Shown here piece by piece: positions 1 through 4,156 of a DNA stretch of 5,642 nucleotides (position 1 is its first letter; every line of letters begins with the position of its first letter). Source of the DNA: a virus; the IMG/VR virus record IMGVR_UViG_3300035646_000027; one strand, given 5' to 3'. The notes beneath the pieces were generated by a model that was not told the origin of the DNA, ran no database searches, and worked only from the letters and a program-made list of their open reading frames with translations. A program made the translations under genes and the position numbers.

Positions 1-79
1 TTTGAAGTTGTCCCATAGGATTCTATTAGGACAAAAGAAGTAGTAAAAATCGATGTATGCATCATCGAAAACAGGATAT
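1..79. repeat. Terminal direct repeat, identical to 5564..5642. It is the assembly overlap of a circular genome whose unit length is 5563 nt.
   Basis: Base-by-base, 1..79 (tttgaagttgtcccatagg...caggatat) equals 5564..5642. The VP1 reading frame runs through this junction without interruption. Confidence 0.93.
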
Positions 80-273
80 TTCGGTGTGGTCATTCGGATG
101 ATTGCCGCCGTATTTACGCTGAATGTATCGCCTGGAAGAACCTCATCGACGTAAAACGGGATGAGTTTTCCTGCGTCAAAGGTAGTGAGAATGTTCTGGT
201 CCCGTTTGAAACGTGTCCGGCTCACATGTGTCTGCGGTACGTTGTTAAAGTGTCGCTCATTATTCCGGTTCAT
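1..273 (-). CDS. VP1: N-terminal 91 codons of VP1. The ATG is at 273..271 and the segment is joined across the circular junction to 4157..5563.
   Basis: Hand translation of the minus strand in the same 3k+1 frame gives MNRNNERHFNNVPQTHVSRTRFKRDQNILTTFDAGKLIPFYVDEVLPGDTFSVNTAAIIRMTTPKYPVFDDAYIDFYYFFCPNRILWDNFKYF. An upstream in-frame stop lies at 360..358. The SD AAGGAGA sits 6 nt before the ATG (plus-strand tctcctt at 281..287). Total VP1 is 1680 nt, 559 aa. Confidence 0.85.
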   Translation of the reverse strand, partial: MNRNNERHFNNVPQTHVSRTRFKRDQNILTTFDAGKLIPFYVDEVLPGDTFSVNTAAIIRMTTPKYPVFDDAYIDFYYFFCPNRILWDNFK

Positions 274-655
274 TGCTCTTCTCCTTTTCTGCAGATACTT
301 CTGTAACTTTTTTCTGCTTTCGTTGGATTTCCATTGCCGTGGCTTGTGCTGTTGCGATCATAGCGTGATACTCGTGAATGTTTGTAGGCCACTCCGTAAT
401 ATCAATGGTTTCGTCCGTTTTTGCGCTGTCTACCAGACTTTTGGCAAACTCAGGGTCAAAGCTTGCTTTGCGGACAATGCTTTTGATGTCGCACTCGTCT
501 GCATAGCTCTCGATTTCGGCCTGAATGTCGATTGGTTCGGTTTCAATCAGCTTATTATTGCCTTTTTCGTCCTTGCCCCATACGTACTGCTTTCGCAGTT
601 TTTCGCCTGGATTTGAAAAGAAGGGCTTTCGCCCTTCCTCGTATCGTTTATTCAC
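260..655 (-). CDS. Hypothetical acidic protein of about 131 aa (MNKRYEEGRKPFFSNPGEKLRKQYVWGKDEKGNNKLIETEPIDIQAEIESYADECDIK...EKEKSNEPE). It is a possible internal scaffolding protein (VP3-like) given its acidity and its position directly upstream of VP1.
   Basis: This is the C-terminal two-thirds of track ORF 260..835. A GTG at 655..653 is preceded by the SD GGGAGG with a 9-nt spacer and overlaps the stop of the 80-aa ORF, which suggests translational coupling. The TAA stop at 262..260 lies 11 nt inside VP1. The functional assignment is inferred only. Confidence 0.45.
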   Translation of the reverse strand: MNKRYEEGRKPFFSNPGEKLRKQYVWGKDEKGNNKLIETEPIDIQAEIESYADECDIKSIVRKASFDPEFAKSLVDSAKTDETIDITEWPTNIHEYHAMIATAQATAMEIQRKQKKVTEVSAEKEKSNEPE

Positions 656-890
656 GCGGCTTGCCCTCCCATACCTTATCCGGCTCGATTTTCTCAAACT
701 CGCCGTTTTCATCGTTGAAGTTTGCGATGTGGTAGCCCTTGTAGTCCTCAGGCGACTGCCCAAGGAAGGTCTTTTCGTCCTTTGCCATGATATTGCACAT
801 CCGGGCAAAGGTTTCGTTGCTCTTGCTTTCACCAATGTAGCAATAGTTCTTTGCTACGCTGTCGTAGATGCCATAGTATTCGTGAATCAT
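648..890 (-). CDS. Hypothetical protein of 80 aa (MIHEYYGIYDSVAKNYCYIGESKSNETFARMCNIM...).
   Basis: The ATG at 890..888 has a strong SD AAGGAG 7 nt upstream. The composition is protein-like, in contrast with the overlapping alternate frame. The TAA stop at 650..648 overlaps the GTG start of the downstream ORF. Confidence 0.55.
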   Translation of the reverse strand: MIHEYYGIYDSVAKNYCYIGESKSNETFARMCNIMAKDEKTFLGQSPEDYKGYHIANFNDENGEFEKIEPDKVWEGKPRE

Positions 891-902
891 GTTTTTTCTC
901 CT

Positions 903-1022
903 TTACAGTCTGATGCCGCCCCGCATGGGTTTCTGGCTCAGGTTGATACTTTTCGTCTTGCGTGCCGTCACGTTGAACATTCGCTTGTCAGTGCGTCCAG
1001 GCATCCGCTGTCTGTGCTTCAT
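903..1022 (-). CDS. Small highly basic protein of 39 aa (MKHRQRMPGRTDKRMFNVTARKTKSINLSQKPMRGGIRL, net charge about +11). It is a probable DNA-binding / packaging protein analogous to phiX174 J and to gokushovirus ORF8.
   Basis: Hand-translated; this ORF is not in the ORF track. The ATG is at 1022..1020 with the SD AAGGGAG 7 nt upstream (plus-strand ctccctt at 1030..1036). The TAA stop is at 905..903, 12 nt before the next gene's ATG. The size, the Arg/Lys richness and the position upstream of the capsid module match microvirus J-like proteins. Confidence 0.5.
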   Translation of the reverse strand: MKHRQRMPGRTDKRMFNVTARKTKSINLSQKPMRGGIRL

Positions 1023-1233
1023 TTGTGTACTCCCTTCGCATTAGTTCCAGTTGGATATCGTTTGCCCATGCTTTCATAATCCAAATTCGGTCAACAATTT
1101 TTTTTGCGTCCTCAATGTTGGATATTTTTTTGAGCATTTTATACCCGGCTTCGATTTCTTTGTATAACCTATCTGCTTCAATTCGTAAATTTTTTTCGGT
1201 CTGGTCTCTGACTTGCCATGTCTTATGTAACAC
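988..1233 (-). CDS. Hypothetical protein of 81 aa, helical and charged.
   Basis: The track ORF starts at GTG (plus-strand cac at 1231..1233). The SD GGAGGAG lies about 13 nt upstream. The frame is open upstream to 1284 with no ATG. The next in-frame ATG is at codon 33 (MLKKISNIEDAKK...). No similarity was recognised. The 3' end overlaps the J-like ORF by 35 nt. Confidence 0.45.
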   Translation of the reverse strand: MLHKTWQVRDQTEKNLRIEADRLYKEIEAGYKMLKKISNIEDAKKIVDRIWIMKAWANDIQLELMRREYTNEAQTADAWTH

Positions 1234-1238
1234 TGTCT

Positions 1239-1343
1239 TTACTTCTCCTCCTTCAGAATGTGGTAAATCTGGTCCAGCCTCTCAAGTACAGTTTTAATTA
1301 GCTGGATTGCTTCCCGCAGGTCTTTAACCTTAATCAGTGCCAT
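1239..1343 (-). CDS. Small hypothetical protein of 34 aa (MALIKVKDLREAIQLIKTVLERLDQIYHILKEEK), predicted amphipathic helix.
   Basis: This ORF is not in the ORF track because it is too short. The ATG at 1343..1341 lies 3 nt after the peptidase TAG stop. The SD AAGGGGGT is 8 nt upstream (plus-strand accccctt at 1351..1358). The TAA stop is at 1241..1239, and the 3' end (aaggaggag) provides the SD for the next ORF. Confidence 0.35.
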   Translation of the reverse strand: MALIKVKDLREAIQLIKTVLERLDQIYHILKEEK

Positions 1344-1346
1344 TGG

Positions 1347-1730
1347 CTATACCCCCTTTCTGTATCGTTTTTCACGCACATCTACGTGCGTAAAATTTGT
1401 GTATCTGATTACTCCGCCCTGTTCCATAATGCTGTCTGCGTATTTTGCGACTTCTCCGCTGTTGTGTCCTTTCACTACGATATCTGCTGCCATACCTTTG
1501 CAGTGGTAACTGTTTGATGCTCCGTTTACTTTGCTGTTCCAGCTTGGTGTACGGTATCCGCTGTTGATGATGACTGGTGCGTTGAAGTGGTTTCTGATTG
1601 TTTCCAAGATTTCGAGTAGTTCAGGTGCCCACAAGAATTCTTTTGTTTTGTCTTTGCATCTAAACTCCTCTGCTTTGAAGTGCTGCGTTAATCGGTCGTT
1701 GTTTGTTTGGTTTAAGATTGCTGTACTCAT
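1347..1730 (-). CDS. Zinc D-Ala-D-Ala carboxypeptidase-like peptidase of the Peptidase_M15 family (YcbK/VanY-like). It is the probable cell-wall lysin.
   Basis: 127 aa. The M15 signature is FKAEEFRCKD ... INSGYRTPSWNSKVNGASNSYHCKGMAADI ... FTHVDVR, with the H-x6-D and H-x-D zinc ligands. There is no signal peptide or TM segment. The SD GAGGTGG is 7 nt upstream (plus-strand ccacctc at 1737..1744). This is the first gene after the intergenic promoter. Confidence 0.85.
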   Translation of the reverse strand: MSTAILNQTNNDRLTQHFKAEEFRCKDKTKEFLWAPELLEILETIRNHFNAPVIINSGYRTPSWNSKVNGASNSYHCKGMAADIVVKGHNSGEVAKYADSIMEQGGVIRYTNFTHVDVREKRYRKGV

Positions 1731-1751
1731 TTTTTACCACCTCTTGTTTTT

Positions 1752-1780
1752 TTTATATCATGCCCGGCTTGATAAGTCAA
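1752..1780 (-). promoter_or_regulatory. Sigma70-like promoter driving the minus-strand operon (peptidase and the genes downstream of it).
   Basis: The minus strand reads cccTTGACTtatcaagccgggcaTGaTATAAAaaaaacaagaGGTGGtaaaaaATG. The -35 is TTGACT, the spacer is 17 nt, and the extended -10 is TGnTATAAA. The predicted TSS is near 1745, about 15 nt upstream of the peptidase ATG. The upstream region is A/T-rich with phased T-tracts. Confidence 0.45.
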
Positions 1781-1831
1781 GGGTTTTTGAAAAAAACTTT
1801 TGACGTTCAAGTCGGATGCCCGCGGCAGGCG

Positions 1832-1988
1832 TTTTCAACATTTTCAACGTAGTTTTCAACATTTAAACATTGTTAAACTTTAACACAATAAAGTGTTTCA
1901 ACAATTCAACAAGTTTTAAACAAATCTTTCAACATTCTTTTTAGTGCTTTTTCTTCGTATCAATGTAAAGAAAAAGCACTTTTCAACT
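1832..1988. repeat. Iteron-like array of at least 7 copies of TTTCAAC(A) plus 3 degenerate TT(A)AAC(A) copies. It contains phased T-tracts at a period of about 10-11 bp, which predicts curved DNA.
   Basis: Plus-strand copies occur at 1832, 1841, 1853, 1896, 1905, 1926 and 1981, with degenerate copies at 1862, 1871 and 1914. Two of them form the 9-mer CAACAAGTT (1907, 2016). On the coding strand the unit reads GTTGAAA(A). Confidence 0.5.
1943..1980. repeat. Perfect 13-bp inverted repeat (AGTGCTTTTTCTT / AAGAAAAAGCACT) with a 12-nt loop. It forms an AT-rich hairpin inside the iteron region.
   Basis: The arms are 1943..1955 and 1968..1980, perfectly complementary. The loop is cgtatcaatgta. Confidence 0.6.
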
Positions 1989-2043
1989 TTTCCACATACT
2001 CTACTACTACGACTACAACAAGTTATATAATAAAGGCAAAGCG

Positions 2044-2097
2044 TTATCCCTTGAAGCGAAGCGAATAGGGATTACAGGGTAGAACGTACTCCCTATT
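2044..2097. repeat. Cluster of alternating-orientation 7-mers (TATCCCT > ATAGGGAT < TCCCTAT) able to form two mutually exclusive hairpins. The first loop contains the tandem GAAGC GAAGC.
   Basis: 2046..2051 atccct pairs with 2067..2072 agggat (loop tgaagcgaagcgaat). 2064..2071 aataggga pairs with 2090..2097 tccctatt (18-nt loop). Confidence 0.5.
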
Positions 2098-2101
2098 TTA
2101 C

Positions 2102-2140
2102 CGTGCGCGTGTACGCGCGTTTCGCGCGTGCGCGTGCGCG
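2102..2140. repeat. GC-rich alternating purine-pyrimidine tract, (GCGCGT)n-like, with Z-DNA potential. It folds as a hairpin with an ACGCGCG-TTT-CGCGCGT core stem.
   Basis: The perfect 7-bp stem is 2113..2119 / 2123..2129 with a 3-nt loop. It can extend to 2102..2140 with G:C pairs interrupted by T/G mismatches. It is a roughly 80% GC island in an otherwise AT-rich intergenic region. Confidence 0.55.
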
Positions 2141-2164
2141 GTCTAACGCCTTAAGAATACGCTT

Positions 2165-2207
2165 AAATCAATAAAAGCCCAGTACCTTACTTGATAGGTA
2201 CTGGGCT
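2165..2207 (-). terminator. Rho-independent terminator downstream of VP4, marking the end of the VP1-VP2-VP4 transcription unit.
   Basis: On the minus strand, 13 nt after the VP4 TAA, AGCCCAGTACC-tatcaagtaa-GGTACTGGGCT forms a perfect 11-bp stem with a 10-nt loop, followed by TTTATTGATTT. Confidence 0.55.
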
Positions 2208-2219
2208 AGGTAACACCAA

Positions 2220-3239
2220 TTACAAAATACCACGTTTTTTCGTTTGTTTTTTGGTGACACGTTCTTTGGTCTCTAAGACGGTTTTATAGTCTTGATTCTC
2301 TAGCTGTAGTCTCTTTTCTTTCATTGCGTTTTTTTGTCGGTTTTGCTTAATTCTCCACAATCTTTGTGGGTTTTCTGCTTCCATCTGTTTTTCATAGTAT
2401 CTTGGAATTTGTGCCCGTTTTCCGTTGACGCATTGAATGTAACCTTGTCGCCAGATTTCCGCTTTGTGCTCTTGATAGTAGTGGTCTCCAAGTCCTGGCT
2501 TTAAGCTCATGCAAGCAAATGGTTTTGTTTGCCCTAGTTCATAGTACGAATTAGCTTTTTTGCCGTCTATTTCGTACATTTTTTTTGTAACGTATCCTGC
2601 AACATATCGATACGTTTCTGGAACTGCTTGTGCTATCTGGATTTGTCCCATTCCCCACAGGTCTGCTAACCATTTACTGGTATAGTATCCGTTGTGGTGA
2701 ATTTTGTACAGATTTTCTAGGTCTGTTGGTTTCCAGCCGTATAGTATCATATGGTAGTGTGGCCTTGCTGTCTGTTCTCCGTACTCACCCGCCACAAAAT
2801 AGCGTAATTTGCCCTTGTAAGCCTTCCTGAGGCGTTTTAAGAATTTTTGAATATCTTCATACAGCAAAATTTGAACACTGCTAGGGCGCTTCTTTCCCGG
2901 CTTCCACGTGTATTGTACCTTTCGCATGATTTCCCCAGTTTTTACTATCATGCCCGGTACATGTTCATCATCATAAGTTAGTGTTATAAACCAAACTTCT
3001 TCTTTTGGATAGTCTCGCGCCTCAAGCTCTATGCGTGTTGTCCAGTCCTCTCGTTGTCTAATTCTGCATCCGATACATTGCCCGCATGGAATCAACATGA
3101 CTTTTGGATTATACATCAAATCTTCATATCTCAGCTGTTTCCCGCTTAACTGAGAAAAGCGGGCGAGTGAATATACCCGCCCGCTCTGTTCTCTATCATC
3201 CGGGTTGTACAGCCTTATTAGCGGCTTGTAACAACTCAT
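2220..3239 (-). CDS. VP4: Replication initiation protein VP4, an HUH rolling-circle endonuclease related to phiX174 gene A protein.
   Basis: 339 aa. It has a CxxC zinc-finger-like motif (PCGQCIGCR), motif [11 protein letters not shown], motif [10 protein letters not shown] and motif [14 protein letters not shown] (compare phiX174 A protein YVAKYVNK, with two catalytic Tyr). A weak SD GGGTGA lies 9 nt upstream. The ATGA overlap with VP2 indicates translational coupling. Confidence 0.9.
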   Translation of the reverse strand: MSCYKPLIRLYNPDDREQSGRVYSLARFSQLSGKQLRYEDLMYNPKVMLIPCGQCIGCRIRQREDWTTRIELEARDYPKEEVWFITLTYDDEHVPGMIVKTGEIMRKVQYTWKPGKKRPSSVQILLYEDIQKFLKRLRKAYKGKLRYFVAGEYGEQTARPHYHMILYGWKPTDLENLYKIHHNGYYTSKWLADLWGMGQIQIAQAVPETYRYVAGYVTKKMYEIDGKKANSYYELGQTKPFACMSLKPGLGDHYYQEHKAEIWRQGYIQCVNGKRAQIPRYYEKQMEAENPQRLWRIKQNRQKNAMKEKRLQLENQDYKTVLETKERVTKKQTKKRGIL

Positions 3240-4099
3240 TTCAGATAATCACCCGGCTTTCTCTTCTCTCCGTATTTTCCTGTCTTGTCCTGCGGGTTCA
3301 TTGCTCTGTTTTCTTTGTTTTTCGGTTTCGGAGTTGGCACTGTCTGTTCGGTCTTTTCCATCTGCTTATAGGTTTTGAGCAAATCTTCTGTCAGCTGCAC
3401 TGGACTACTATAGCCTGTGCTCATTTGACTGCCTACGGCTTCTGCCAGCTGATACCATTGTGATTTACTTTCACTTCGGCTGTAGTAACTGTTTGGCACG
3501 TTGCCGTTTAGCGTAGACACTCCCAGTGCGCTTGACGCTGGCATTCCCATGCTTGCGCCTGTAATTGTTGCGCCTGCGCCCCCTGGCGTGCTTGCTCCAC
3601 CCTGTGCGTATGCTAGAATTGGGTTCAGCCCGGCTTTTCGCATGTCTTCTACTGTTCTTTGGTATGCTGTATTGCTCATGCGCTCTTGGAATTGTCTGTT
3701 TGCTAGCGCTTCGGCTGAATTGTATGCCATTGCTGCGTTGTTTTCTATGTGGTTGTAAATGCCCTGTTGAATTGCTGATAACGTATTATAGCCCATTTGC
3801 ATTAACATATTTTGGCGGTTCGTTTTGCTTTGGAAGGTATTCTGCCCGCTCTGCCACTCATAGTATTTGTTGAGGTAATCCATGATTTGCTTGTCGTTTG
3901 TTCCTCCTTCGCTCATGGATGTACTCTGTCCCCCGCCTTGGCTTTGGCTCATGTTGCTACCTTGGCTCTGGTTCTGGCTTTCCTGTCCAAACATGCTTGA
4001 TAGGCCGTTTCCTATCAGTGACATTCCTGTTGTTACGATTTCTGGATGACTTGCTAGCCATGTTCCAGCGCTTGTTAACATTGCTCCTAGTCCTGCCAT
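3236..4099 (-). CDS. VP2: Minor capsid / DNA pilot protein VP2.
   Basis: The 287-aa ORF lies immediately downstream of VP1. It has a low-complexity Q/G/S/N/M-rich segment ([26 protein letters not shown]) and the segment [37 protein letters not shown], which resembles the conserved core of gokushovirus VP2. Its TGA stop overlaps the VP4 ATG (ATGA). Confidence 0.8.
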   Translation of the reverse strand: MAGLGAMLTSAGTWLASHPEIVTTGMSLIGNGLSSMFGQESQNQSQGSNMSQSQGGGQSTSMSEGGTNDKQIMDYLNKYYEWQSGQNTFQSKTNRQNMLMQMGYNTLSAIQQGIYNHIENNAAMAYNSAEALANRQFQERMSNTAYQRTVEDMRKAGLNPILAYAQGGASTPGGAGATITGASMGMPASSALGVSTLNGNVPNSYYSRSESKSQWYQLAEAVGSQMSTGYSSPVQLTEDLLKTYKQMEKTEQTVPTPKPKNKENRAMNPQDKTGKYGEKRKPGDYLK

Positions 4100-4139
4100 A
4101 ATCTAAAGTAGCCCGCAATAATGCGGGCTTCCTCCTTTC
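4100..4139 (-). promoter_or_regulatory. Structured leader between VP1 and VP2. A strong SD AAAGGAGGA lies 31 nt upstream of the VP2 ATG, and an 8-bp hairpin (AGCCCGCA-ttat-TGCGGGCT) occupies 20 nt of the spacer.
   Basis: The minus strand reads taa-aaattgtacaaaaaaacgaaaGGAGGaAGCCCGCAttatTGCGGGCTactttagattATG. The stem is 4110..4117 / 4122..4129. There is no other SD near the VP2 start. Confidence 0.4.
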
Positions 4140-4156
4140 GTTTTTTTGTACAATTT

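Noticed and set aside
1-79. Terminal repeats as LTR/TIR of a mobile element, or a true terminally redundant linear genome.
   Set aside because: The VP1 ORF reads continuously through the junction in frame, and the repeat is direct and exact. This is what a circular ssDNA genome assembled with overlap looks like.
161-616. Plus-strand ORF of 151 aa antisense to the VP1 N-terminus and the 131-aa ORF.
   Set aside because: The C/F/L-rich composition (e.g. CCCDHSVILVNVCRP) is typical of the antisense of an A-rich coding strand. There is no RBS, and the ORF overlaps well-supported minus-strand genes. No microvirus is known to use the complementary strand.
656-835. N-terminal 60 codons of track ORF 260..835 (TTG start, MVKARATKPLPGCAISWQRTKRPSLGSRLRTTRATTSQ...).
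   Set aside because: The R/S/T-rich composition is consistent with an off-frame read of the 80-aa gene. It begins at TTG with no SD. A well-positioned GTG+SD at 655 gives a cleaner gene model.
525-1079. Plus-strand ORFs of 184 aa and 67 aa (532..735).
   Set aside because: They are antisense shadows of the 80-aa, 131-aa and J-like genes, have low-complexity hydrophobic composition and lack an SD.
1025-1803. Plus-strand ORFs 1025..1297 and 1531..1803.
   Set aside because: They are antisense to the 81-aa ORF and to the peptidase, with no translation signals. The strand carries no other supported genes.
1832-1988. Possible CRISPR array.
   Set aside because: The repeats are only 7-9 bp and the spacing is irregular (2-25 bp). 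There are no cas genes, and a 5.5-kb microvirus cannot host a CRISPR locus. The feature is interpreted as iterons / phased T-tracts.
1943-1995. Plus-strand intrinsic terminator (13-bp hairpin followed by TTTCAACTTTT), and likewise 4110..4148 on the plus strand.
   Set aside because: There are no plus-strand genes to terminate. The 1943..1980 stem is AT-rich, which is atypical for a terminator. Both are more plausibly ssDNA origin, structural or translational elements of the minus-strand genome.
2016-2036. phiX174-like origin of replication (CAAC...ATATAATAA).
   Set aside because: The resemblance is on the non-coding strand, and only a short AT-rich stretch is shared. It is kept as a low-interest note rather than a feature.
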